Source of the DNA: Enterobacteriaceae endosymbiont of Donacia provostii
GTDB lineage: Bacteria > Pseudomonadota > Gammaproteobacteria > Enterobacterales > Enterobacteriaceae
DNA length: 32,000 nucleotides
Assembly (NCBI RefSeq): GCF_012570145.1
Contig: NZ_CP046206.1
Location: forward strand, 272,324-304,323
Direction: 5' to 3'
Shown here: in pieces, positions 18,510-28,180 of the stretch
Position numbering within the stretch: the stretch's first letter is position 1
Layout of the letters: each line of letters begins with the position of its first letter
Notes under the pieces: generated by a model
What the model saw: only the letters and a program-made list of their open reading frames with translations
Told to the model about the DNA's origin: nothing
Database searches by the model: none
Position numbers and translations under genes: made by a program

Positions 18510-21044
18510 TTATTCTTTTGTTACTATATTAAAAATTTTATATGGTATATATATTGTTTTTAAAATTTTAATATTTATTAGAAATGTAGAAATCTTATTA
18601 TTTGTTAATATGTAATTTTTAATATTATTATTTTTTTTACGATATTCTCCCGGAATAGAAAGGATATACTTTTTTTTACCATTAATTTGTATTACAAGAT
18701 TAAAATCTTGTTTTATTTTTTTTATATTAATATTTTTAGTTACTGGCCACGATTGATAATCTATATCATTATTATTACCCATATACTTCCATAATACAAA
18801 ACAAATATGTGGTGCAAAAGGATATAACATTTTTATTATTACTAATAATCCATCAAAAACTATAATATTATCAATATAATTATATATTTTATAACTAAAA
18901 ATTTTTTTAAACAAAATAATTATAGAAGATATTATCGTATTAAAAGACTGATCTTTTTCAAAATTATTTGTAATATTAATAATAGTTTTATTTATGTAAT
19001 TTTGAATAAGAATTTGATTTTCACTATAATCTAATTTAGATAGTAATTTTTTTTCTTTAATCTTAAAGTTATTTTGATATTTTTTATTATATTGATAAAT
19101 AAAATTCCATAATTTATTTAAAAATCTATACATTCCTTTTATACCAGATTCCTTCCATTCTAAATCTAAAGTTGGGGGAGCAGCAAACATGATAAACATA
19201 CGTAAAGTATCAGCTCCATATTTTTTAATTATTTTTTGAGGATTAATCCCATTATTTTTTGATTTAGACATTTTTATCATACCATGATAAATTAATTTTC
19301 TACCTTTTTTATCAAAAAAAATATTATTTTTTTTATCAAAAAAAACATCTTTTGATTTAACCCAATGATATTTTTTTTTATTATCTATATAATAATAAGC
19401 ATCAGATAAAACCATTCCTTGACATAGTAATTTTTTTACTGGTTCATCAATATTTAATAAGCCAACATCTCTCATTAATTTATGAAAAAAACGAAAATAC
19501 ATTAAATGCATTATAGCATGCTCAATACCTCCAATATATTGATCAACAGGCAACCAATATTGAGCTTTTTTTTTATTAATCATATTATTTTTTTCATTAC
19601 TACAAGTATATCTTGCATAATACCATGAGGATTCAAGAAAAGTATCAAATGTATCTGTCTCAATTTGTCCTTGTATACCATTCTTATTATAAGAAAACCA
19701 TTTTAAATTTTTTTTAATTTTTTCATCATAATTATCTTTTATATTTTCATTAAAAAATTTTTTAGGAAAAATTAAAGGTAGATCCTCCTTTTTTAAAGGA
19801 ATAATTTTTTTATTATTTTGTATTATCATAGGTATAGGAGTACCCCATAATCTTTGTCTGGAGATACTCCAATCTTGTAAATTATAATATTTTTTATAAA
19901 ATGCAATTTTATTATTTATTAAATTATGAAGTAATTTATTATTATTTTTTGATACAAATTTCTTTTTTTTAAAATATAAATTATATTTTTTTGCAATTAT
20001 TAGATCATTTTTATTAATACTTGGCATACCAATCATTGCATTAATTTTTGTAATATTTGTTAAATAATCAACAATAATAATTGGTATTTTTTTTTTTATA
20101 AAAACATTATATGCAAATAATGTACTGTTAATTTCTTGAATTATAAAAGATGAAAATTTCTTTTTTTTTATAATATTATTTAATTTACATTTTTGAATAA
20201 AATTTTGTATATTTATATTTTTTATTAAATTTTTACATATTGGATGATTATATAAAATTTTAATAAAACTAATATTATTAATAAAATGAATATATTTTTT
20301 TTCTATAAAAACATTAAATGAATAATTCATCTTTTTTAGATGAAATTTAATATTTATTCCTTCTTGTTTACCAATCCAATTTTTTTGCATATTTTTTACT
20401 TTTTTAGGCCATTCATTTAATTTTTTTAAATCATTAAGTAATTCTTCTGCATAATTAGTAATTTTTAAAAACCATTGTTTAATTTTCTTCTTTTTTACAA
20501 TATTATTACATCTCCAACAACGATTATTAATAACTTGCTCATTTGCTAAAATTGTTTTATCTATATTACACCAATTAACTAAAGCATTTTTTTTATATGC
20601 TAAACCTAATTTATATAATTTTAAAAAAAACCATTGTTCCCAATAATAATAATTAGAATCACATGTTGTTATCTCTCTATCCCAATCAAAACTAAATCCT
20701 AATAATTTTAATTGTTTTTTCATATCTTTAATATTATTTTTAGTCCATACATAAGGAGAAATATTATTTTCATAAGCTGCAATTTCTGCAGGTAAACCAA
20801 AAGAATCCCATCCAATTGGATGTAAAACATTTTTTCCTTTCATTCGTTGATATCTTGCTATAACATCTCCTATAGTATAATTACGTATATGTCCCATATG
20901 TAATTGTCCAGATGGATAAGGTAACATAGAAAGACAATAAAATTTAGATTTATTATAATCTTCAGTTACTTTAAAAGTCTTTTTTAAAGACCATTTTTTT
21001 TGTACATAAAATTCTATTATTTTCGGAGAATATTCTTTTTTCAT
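18510..21044 (-). CDS. leuS: Leucine--tRNA ligase
   Basis: 844 aa with a HIGH motif (LHMGHIRNY) and KMSKS (MIKMSKSKNN). The N-terminus MKKEYSPKIIEFYVQKKW...FYCLSMLPYPSGQLHMGH matches E. coli LeuS. Confidence 0.97.
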   Translation of the reverse strand: MKKEYSPKIIEFYVQKKWSLKKTFKVTEDYNKSKFYCLSMLPYPSGQLHMGHIRNYTIGDVIARYQRMKGKNVLHPIGWDSFGLPAEIAAYENNISPYVWTKNNIKDMKKQLKLLGFSFDWDREITTCDSNYYYWEQWFFLKLYKLGLAYKKNALVNWCNIDKTILANEQVINNRCWRCNNIVKKKKIKQWFLKITNYAEELLNDLKKLNEWPKKVKNMQKNWIGKQEGINIKFHLKKMNYSFNVFIEKKYIHFINNISFIKILYNHPICKNLIKNINIQNFIQKCKLNNIIKKKKFSSFIIQEINSTLFAYNVFIKKKIPIIIVDYLTNITKINAMIGMPSINKNDLIIAKKYNLYFKKKKFVSKNNNKLLHNLINNKIAFYKKYYNLQDWSISRQRLWGTPIPMIIQNNKKIIPLKKEDLPLIFPKKFFNENIKDNYDEKIKKNLKWFSYNKNGIQGQIETDTFDTFLESSWYYARYTCSNEKNNMINKKKAQYWLPVDQYIGGIEHAIMHLMYFRFFHKLMRDVGLLNIDEPVKKLLCQGMVLSDAYYYIDNKKKYHWVKSKDVFFDKKNNIFFDKKGRKLIYHGMIKMSKSKNNGINPQKIIKKYGADTLRMFIMFAAPPTLDLEWKESGIKGMYRFLNKLWNFIYQYNKKYQNNFKIKEKKLLSKLDYSENQILIQNYINKTIINITNNFEKDQSFNTIISSIIILFKKIFSYKIYNYIDNIIVFDGLLVIIKMLYPFAPHICFVLWKYMGNNNDIDYQSWPVTKNINIKKIKQDFNLVIQINGKKKYILSIPGEYRKKNNNIKNYILTNNKISTFLINIKILKTIYIPYKIFNIVTKE

Positions 21045-21109
21045 AGCAAGATCATTTCCTGAATATATTATATAAATTTTTTTATAAATTTAATATTTTG
21101 TATTAATTA

Positions 21110-21565
21110 TTAATATGGATTTTCATAACCAAGTAAGTTAAGTATTTTAATTTCTTTTGTTTGCATTATACAAGCTTCTTTAATATTTTGATGATCATAT
21201 TTTAATAAATGTAAACATGCATGTATAATTATATGAGCCCAATGAGCATCTATTTTCTTTTTTTGTAAAAATGATTCATATTCAATAATTTCTTTACATA
21301 ATATTATTTCTCCTAATAGTATTTTTTTAAAAAAATAATTTTTTTCTAAAAAAGATAAAACATTTGTAGGTTTGTCTATTTGAAAAAATTTTTTATTAAG
21401 TTTTTGAATATAAAATTTTTCTACTATAGAAATAGTAATTTCAATTTTTTTTATATTAGTCTTCATAAAAATTATATATAACCAATGTAAAATATCATTT
21501 TTATATGGTATATAATTATAATTTTTACAAAAATTATAATAATTTAAAATAATATTTAATTTCAT
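21110..21565 (-). CDS. ybeY: Endoribonuclease YbeY (16S rRNA maturation)
   Basis: 151 aa. The metal-binding motif HIIIHACLHLLKYDH matches H..HG.LHLLGYDH. It is downstream of miaB, as in E. coli. Confidence 0.88.
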   Translation of the reverse strand: MKLNIILNYYNFCKNYNYIPYKNDILHWLYIIFMKTNIKKIEITISIVEKFYIQKLNKKFFQIDKPTNVLSFLEKNYFFKKILLGEIILCKEIIEYESFLQKKKIDAHWAHIIIHACLHLLKYDHQNIKEACIMQTKEIKILNLLGYENPY

Positions 21566-21584
21566 AAATAATTAAAATTATATA

Positions 21585-22925
21585 TTACATCTTATGCAAA
21601 GATATAAATTCTCCGTACAAAGAATATATATTAGCATCAATAATCTTAACATTAACAAATTTACCAATATAATTTTTAGAGCTTGTAAAAAAAACTATCC
21701 TATTATTTTCAGTTTTACCATAAAATTTATGATTTTGTAAAGATAAACCTTCAACTAAAATTAGTTGAATAGTATTAATCATTTTAAAACTAAATTTTTT
21801 AGTTTGTTTTTTAATGTAATATTGTAATAAATATAATCTTTTCTTTTTTTCTAAAATATTAGTATTATCTTTCATTTTACTAGCTGGTGTTCCTGGTCTA
21901 GGTGAATAAATAAAACTAAAACTCATATCTAAATCTAAATCTAATATTAAAGAAATAGTATCATTAAAATCTTTTTGATCTTCTCCTGGAAATCCTACAA
22001 TAAAATCTGAACTAATTTGTATTAATGGTCTAACATTTTTTAATTTTTTAATAATTTGTTTATATTTTTCAATATTATATTGTCTCTTCATAAGATTTAA
22101 AATCTTATCAGAACCACTTTGTACTGGTAAATGTAAAAAATTCACTAATTGAGGAATTTTATTATATATATTTATTAGTTCATCAGTAAAATTTTTTGGA
22201 TGATTTGTAGTAAATCTAATTCTTTTAATTTCTTTAATTTGCGCAATTAATTCTAATAATTTTTCAAATGTATAATATTGATTAGTTTTTTTATCAAAAT
22301 ATTTATAGGCATTTACATTTTGTCCTAATAAATGTATTTCTTTAACTCCCTGAGAAACTAAATTTTTAATTTCTAAAATAATATCTTTATAAGATCTACT
22401 TAATTCTTTTCCTCTTGTATAAGGAACTATACAATAAGTACAATACTTATTACATCCTTCTATAATAGTAACAAAAGCACTTGTTTTTTTAGTTTTACTT
22501 AAAGGAAAAAATTTAAATTTTTCAATTTTAGGAAAACTAATATCAATTAAATATTTTTTAAATTTACGAGCATTATATATCATTTTAGGTAATCTATGAA
22601 AAGTTTGAGGTCCAAAAATAATATCTATATAATATGCTCTTTTTAAAATTTTTTTTCCTTCTTGTGAAGCTACACATCCACCAACACCTATAATAATATC
22701 AGGATTATTTTTTTTTAAAAGTTTCCATCTTCCTAATTGATGAAATAATTTTTCTTGTGCTTTTTCTCTAATTGAGCAAGTATTTAATAATAAAATATTT
22801 GCTTTCTGTACAGATTTAGTAATTTGACAATTTAATTCATTTTTCATAATATCAGCTATCTTAGAAGAATCATATTCATTCATTTGACAGCCCCAAGTTT
22901 TAATATATAATTTATTTTTCAACAT
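21585..22925 (-). CDS. miaB: tRNA-2-methylthio-N6-dimethylallyladenosine synthase
   Basis: 446 aa. [22 protein letters not shown] matches E. coli [22 protein letters not shown]. It has a radical-SAM [8 protein letters not shown] motif and a TRAM-like C-terminus. Confidence 0.95.
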   Translation of the reverse strand: [446 protein letters not shown]

Positions 22926-22981
22926 AATATATGAATTAAATAATTTTTATAATTTTAAATTTAAGAAAAATTGATATATTT

Positions 22982-23053
22982 CTGGGGTACCTGGATTTGA
23001 ACCAGGGATGCCGGTATCAAAAACCGGTGCCTTAACCTCTTGGCTATACCCCA
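22982..23053 (-). tRNA. tRNA-Gln (anticodon UUG)
   Basis: The reverse complement reads TGGGGTATAGCCAAGAGGTTAAGGCACCGGTTTTTGATACCGGCATCCCTGGTTCAAATCCAGGTACCCCAG. This closely matches E. coli glnU/V-type tRNA. No CCA is encoded. Confidence 0.93.
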
Positions 23054-23065
23054 TATTTTAATTAA

Positions 23066-23157
23066 TGCGGAAGACGAGATTTGAACTCGTACTATATTTT
23101 TTATTTAAATAGCCAGAATCTAAATCTGGTGCGTCTACCAAATTCCGCCACTTCCGC
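23066..23157 (-). tRNA. tRNA-Leu (anticodon UAG), class II with a long variable arm
   Basis: The reverse complement reads GCGGAAGTGGCGGAATTTGGTAGACGCACCAGATTTAGATTCTGG-CTATTTAAATAAAAAATATAGT-ACGAGTTCAAATCTCGTCTTCCGCA. The acceptor, D, anticodon and T arms parallel E. coli leuW. It is 92 nt with the discriminator. No CCA is encoded. Confidence 0.9.
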
Positions 23158-23166
23158 TTTAATTTT

Positions 23167-23242
23167 TAGCTACGATGGGAATTGAACCCATGACCTCAGC
23201 GTTATGAGTGCTGTGCTCTAACCAAAACTAAGCTACGTAGCC
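23167..23242 (-). tRNA. Elongator tRNA-Met (anticodon CAU)
   Basis: The reverse complement reads GGCTACGTAGCTTAGTTTTGGTTAGAGCACAGCACTCATAACGCTGAGGTCATGGGTTCAATTCCCATCGTAGCTA. The acceptor and D arms match E. coli metT (GGCUACGUAGCUCAGUUGGUUAGAGCAC...), not ileX or the initiator. The Met-Leu-Gln order equals the start of the E. coli metT-leuW-glnU cluster. Confidence 0.9.
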
Positions 23243-23256
23243 AAAATTATTCTCAT

Positions 23257-23286
23257 ATTATGTAATATAATAAAGTATAACGTCAA
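23257..23286 (-). promoter_or_regulatory. Candidate sigma70 promoter for the tRNA Met-Leu-Gln operon (TTGACG-N18-CATAAT)
   Basis: On the minus strand, TTGACG (23286-23281) is followed by an 18-nt spacer and CATAAT (23262-23257), 14 nt upstream of the tRNA-Met 5' end. Confidence 0.35.
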
Positions 23287-23344
23287 CTTATTTATTAGTT
23301 AAATATAAATTTAAAATTAAATTTGTGAAAAGAGTAAAATAAAT

Positions 23345-24994
23345 ATGTATGAATATCATGATTTTTATAAAAAGAATTTTATTTTTAAAATTATTCAAAA
23401 TGATTTAAAAAATAAAACACATAATGTTATATGTACTAGATTTCCTCCAGAACCTAATGGTTATTTACATATAGGACACATTAAATCTATATGTTTAAAT
23501 TTTTTTATAGCAAAATTTTATAAAGGAAATTGTTTTTTAAGAATTGATGATACTAATCCCACAACAGAAAATATTGAATACATTAAATCTATAAAAAAAG
23601 ATCTAATTTGGTTAGGATTTAAATGGGATGGTAAAATTAAATATTCATCAAATTATTTTGATTTAATGTATAATTATGCTATAGAGTTAATTAATAAAAA
23701 TTTAGCTTATGTTGATGAATTAAGTATAGAAGACATTAAAAAATATAGAGGTACATTATCGACAGCAGGTAAAAATAGTCCATATAGAAACCGATCAATA
23801 TCAGAAAATTTAAAATTATTTCAAAATATGCGTTTAGGAAAATTTTCTGAAGGTAAAATGTCTTTACGTGCAAAAATAGATATGAAATCAAAAAATATTG
23901 TAATGAGAGATCCTGTTTTATATAGAATAAAATTTCAAAAACATCATCAAACTGGTATAAAATGGTGTATATATCCTACTTATGATTTTTGTCATTGTAT
24001 ATCTGATGCCATTGAAGGAATAACACATTCTCTATGTACTTTAGAATTTCAAGATAATAGAATGTTATACAATTGGATATTAAAAAATATTAGTATTAAA
24101 CATTATCCTAAACAATATGAATTTTCTAAATTACAAATTGAATATGGAATAACTTCAAAAAGAAATATTAATTTATTGATTAAAAATAAAATAGTAAATG
24201 GGTGGGATGATCCTCGTTTATTAACGATCTCTGGGTTACGTAGAAGAGGATATACAGCTTCATCACTAAAAAATTTTTGTTATCATATAGGTATTACTAA
24301 ACAAAATAATACCATACAATTATCTTATTTAGAATCTTTTATAAAAAAAGAATTAAATAAAATTGCTCCTAGAGCAATGGCTATTATTAGACCTTTAAAA
24401 ATTATTATTGATAATTTATCTTATAAAAAAAAAATAGAATTAAAAGTACCTAATCATCCATATGATAAAAATATGGGTTATAAATTTATTTATTTTACAA
24501 AAGAAATATATATAGATAATTTAGATTTTTCAGAAAAAGAACAAAAAAATTATAAAAGATTAATGTTAGGTAATAAAGTAAAATTAAGATATGCATTTGT
24601 TATTAAAGCAAAAAAAATTGTTAAAGATAATAATGGAAATATTCTTTATATACATTGTAAATATTATAAAAATACATTAGGATTAAAAATTAATAAAAAA
24701 GATAAAGAAGTTAAAGGTATAATTCACTGGATATCTTGTTCTTATTCTCAATCAGTTTTATTTTATTTATATAAGACTTTATTAAATAAAAAAAATATTA
24801 ATAATACAGATAATATTTTATCTTATATTAATAAAAAATCACTATCCATATACAATGGTTTTATAGAAAAAAATTTATTAAAAGAACATCAAAAAAAACA
24901 TTTTCAATTTGAAAGAGAAGGATACTTCTATTTTGATAAAAAATATTCTCATAAAAAAAAAATAATTTTTAACCGAATATTATCATTAAGATAA
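23345..24994 (+). CDS. glnS: Glutamine--tRNA ligase
   Basis: 549 aa. [23 protein letters not shown] carries the class-I HIGH motif. It is collinear with E. coli GlnS ([23 protein letters not shown]), including the CIYPTYDF.H and RRRGYT regions. Confidence 0.97.
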   Translation: [549 protein letters not shown]

Positions 24995-25041
24995 TAAAAA
25001 AAAATCAATTATATTATTATAATATAATTGATTTTATATGA

Positions 25042-25554
25042 TTAAATATTTAATTCTTTAGAAATTTGTTTAGTCCAAGTTATAATACGAGAATCAGTTA
25101 ATTCTGGTTGTCTATCTTCATCTATTGTTAATCCTAAAAAATAATCTTTATTTTTTAAGCTTTTAGTATTAGAAAAATAATAACCTTTTGTTGGCCAATA
25201 TCCCACTATTTTACCATTATTAGTTTTAATTATATTATAAATAATACTTATAGCATCACAAAAATAGTCTCCATAATCTTCTTGATCACCACAACCAAAC
25301 AAACATAAATTTTTATTTTTAAAATTAATTTTTTTTAAAGTAGGCAAAAAATCATCCCAATCACATTGAACTTCACCATAATACCATGTAGGTACGCCAA
25401 ATATTAATATATTATATTTTTCAATATCTTTTTTTTCTATTCTAGCTATATCAAACACTGAAGCAATATTTTTACCTAATTGTTTCTGTATTTTAAAAGC
25501 AATATTTTCAGTATTACCTGTATCACTACCAAAAAAAATACCTATTTTTGACAT
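25042..25554 (-). CDS. fldA: Flavodoxin 1
   Basis: 170 aa. [24 protein letters not shown] matches E. coli Fld[25 protein letters not shown]. It is followed by ybfF, as in E. coli (fldA-ybfE-ybfF). Confidence 0.95.
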   Translation of the reverse strand: MSKIGIFFGSDTGNTENIAFKIQKQLGKNIASVFDIARIEKKDIEKYNILIFGVPTWYYGEVQCDWDDFLPTLKKINFKNKNLCLFGCGDQEDYGDYFCDAISIIYNIIKTNNGKIVGYWPTKGYYFSNTKSLKNKDYFLGLTIDEDRQPELTDSRIITWTKQISKELNI

Positions 25555-25573
25555 TTTATTTTATCTAAAAATA

Positions 25574-26356
25574 TTATTTATAACATAATTTTATAATTAA
25601 ATTAAATATTAATTTTATATTTTCAATATGTAATAAATGACCAACATTAGCAATATTATATATTTTAGCATTAGGAAATTGAGAAAATATATTTTGATAA
25701 TAAATTTTATTTATGTAATTAGATTTTTCTCCTTTTAAAAAAAAAATTTTTCCTCTCCATATAAAATTAATTGGATTCCAATTTAATATATTATTATATT
25801 CATTTTTTAATACAGGTAAATTAAATTCCCATTTTCCATTATTAAATGTTTTTAATAATAAATTAATTATATATTCATCTTTAATAAAAGATTTTAACAA
25901 TTTAAAAACATCTCTTCTTAAGAAAATTTTTTTTTTATATACTTCTTCTAAAATAAAAAAAATATTTTTTTTTTTAAAGTTATATTTTATAGGTGCTATA
26001 TCTAAAATAATAATTGTTTTAATAAAGTTAAAAGGTATTAATTGAGTAAGTTTCATTGCTATTTTTCCACCCATTGAATGTCCAATAAAAATAAGATTTT
26101 TTTTTATATTTAAAAAACATAATGTTTCTAATACATCTTTAGATAAAGAAAGATAATCCATCTTTTTATTTCTTGGAGATAAACCATGATTTCTAATATC
26201 TAACAATAAAATTTGATATTTTATATTATGAAATAAAAATTTACCCATTAAATATAAACTTTTTCTATTACCAAATAATCCATGTAACATGATAATAGTA
26301 TATCTATAATTAATAGATATATGATTTTTAGGAATAAAAAGATAATTTAGGATCAT
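25574..26356 (-). CDS. ybfF: Alpha/beta-hydrolase esterase YbfF
   Basis: 260 aa with a nucleophile elbow GHSMGG and an HGLFG oxyanion region. Size and position (next to fldA) match E. coli YbfF. Confidence 0.75.
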   Translation of the reverse strand: MILNYLFIPKNHISINYRYTIIMLHGLFGNRKSLYLMGKFLFHNIKYQILLLDIRNHGLSPRNKKMDYLSLSKDVLETLCFLNIKKNLIFIGHSMGGKIAMKLTQLIPFNFIKTIIILDIAPIKYNFKKKNIFFILEEVYKKKIFLRRDVFKLLKSFIKDEYIINLLLKTFNNGKWEFNLPVLKNEYNNILNWNPINFIWRGKIFFLKGEKSNYINKIYYQNIFSQFPNAKIYNIANVGHLLHIENIKLIFNLIIKLCYK

Positions 26357-26442
26357 ATATAATAAAAATTTATTAAATAAAAAATTTTATCATATTTAAA
26401 AAATAAAATAAAAATTGAATTTTAAAAAAAAAAATAAAAATA

Positions 26443-26451
26443 TGATATAAT
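26443..26451 (+). promoter_or_regulatory. Candidate extended -10 promoter (TGATATAAT) for pgi
   Basis: TGnTATAAT is read directly, 30 nt upstream of the pgi ATG. No convincing -35 is present. Confidence 0.3.
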
Positions 26452-26480
26452 TTTCTATTTCAAAATTATAATTTTATTAT

Positions 26481-28097
26481 ATGAAGAATATTAATCCTAC
26501 TAAAACTCTTTCTTGGAAAAAATTAAAAAATCACATACAAGAAATAAAAAATATAAATATTTATGATTTATTTAAAATAGATAAGAATAGATTTGAAAAT
26601 TTTTCTATAAATTTTGAAAACGAAATTCTTTTTGATTATTCTAAAAATTTAATTAATAAAAAAACTATAAAATATTTATTAAATTTAGCAAAAGAAACTA
26701 AATGTATTGATGCTATTTATTCTATGTTTTATGGAGAAAAAATTAATATAACAGAAAATAGATCTGTTTTACATACAGCTTTAAGAAATAATAATATGAA
26801 TTGTTTTTTAAAAGATAATAATATCTATTTAAAAATAAATAAAATTTTAAATAAAATAAAAAATATTTCTAATAATATTATTTCAGGTAAATGGAAAAGT
26901 TTTAATAATAAAAAAATTAAAAATATTATAAATATAGGAATAGGTGGATCTTATTTAGGTCCATTAATGGTTACAAAATCATTACAAAATTATAAAAATC
27001 ATTTAAATTTATTTTTTTTATCTAATATTGATGCAAATCAATTAATTAGTATTATTAATAAAATTAATCCTGAAGAAAGTATATTTATTATTGCATCCAA
27101 AACTTTTAATACTTTAGAAACAATTACAAATGCTTTAAGTATAAAACAATGGTTTTTAAAAAAATATGATACAAATTTTCATAAAGATATATTATCTCAA
27201 CATTTTTTTGCTGTTACAAATAATATAAATTCAGCAATAAAATTTGGTATAAATAAAAATAATATTTTTTCCATATTACCTGAAATTGGAGGACGTTTTT
27301 CTTTATGGTCTTCTATTGGATTAATTATATCTTTATCTATTGGATTTAATAATTTTAATAAATTATTATTAGGTGCATATAAAATGGATGATCATTTTTT
27401 TTATTCTCCTTTAAATAAAAATATACCCATTATTATGGCTTTAATTAGTATTTGGTATAATAATTTTTGGGGTGCAGAAACAGAAGCAATTATACCTTAT
27501 AATGATAATATGTATTTTTTACCAATGTATTTACAACAATTAAATATGGAATCTAATGGTAAATATATAGACAGAAACGGGGAAAAAATTCATTATCAAA
27601 CTAGTCAAATTATATGGGGAGATGTAGGAACTAATGGCCAACATTCATTTTTTCAAATGTTACATCAAGGAACTAAATTAATTCCATGTGATTTTATAGC
27701 TTCAGCTTCAAATAATTATATTGATTATAAAAATCATCATCTTCAACTTATTTCTAATTTTATTGCACAAACAAAAACATTAGCATTTGGTAATTTACAA
27801 AAAAATAATAATGAAAAAAATATATATTATTCTTGTATTGGTAATAAACCAAGTAATTCTATTTTTTTAAAAAATCTTAATCCTTATAATTTAGGTATGT
27901 TAATTGCATATTATGAACATAAAATTTTTATACAAGGAGTTATTTTAAATATATTTTCATTTGATCAATGGGGTGTTGAATTAGGTAAAAAAATTACTAA
28001 TTCTTTAATAAAAGATATTAAAGAAGATAATTATAAAAATAAAAAATATGATTCTTCATCTCAAGCATTAATTAATTTTTACAAAAAATATAATTAA
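26481..28097 (+). CDS. pgi: Glucose-6-phosphate isomerase
   Basis: 538 aa. It carries IGIGGSYLGP, SKTFNTLET, GGRFSLWSSIGL, ESNGK, GTNGQHSFFQMLHQGT and FDQWGVELGK, all hallmark PGI blocks. Confidence 0.97.
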   Translation: MKNINPTKTLSWKKLKNHIQEIKNINIYDLFKIDKNRFENFSINFENEILFDYSKNLINKKTIKYLLNLAKETKCIDAIYSMFYGEKINITENRSVLHTALRNNNMNCFLKDNNIYLKINKILNKIKNISNNIISGKWKSFNNKKIKNIINIGIGGSYLGPLMVTKSLQNYKNHLNLFFLSNIDANQLISIINKINPEESIFIIASKTFNTLETITNALSIKQWFLKKYDTNFHKDILSQHFFAVTNNINSAIKFGINKNNIFSILPEIGGRFSLWSSIGLIISLSIGFNNFNKLLLGAYKMDDHFFYSPLNKNIPIIMALISIWYNNFWGAETEAIIPYNDNMYFLPMYLQQLNMESNGKYIDRNGEKIHYQTSQIIWGDVGTNGQHSFFQMLHQGTKLIPCDFIASASNNYIDYKNHHLQLISNFIAQTKTLAFGNLQKNNNEKNIYYSCIGNKPSNSIFLKNLNPYNLGMLIAYYEHKIFIQGVILNIFSFDQWGVELGKKITNSLIKDIKEDNYKNKKYDSSSQALINFYKKYN

Positions 28098-28180
28098 AAT
28101 TTACTTTAATTATATTTAGATAATTTTTTTATAAAAAATAAATGTATATATTATATAATATATATATTTATTTTTAAATT

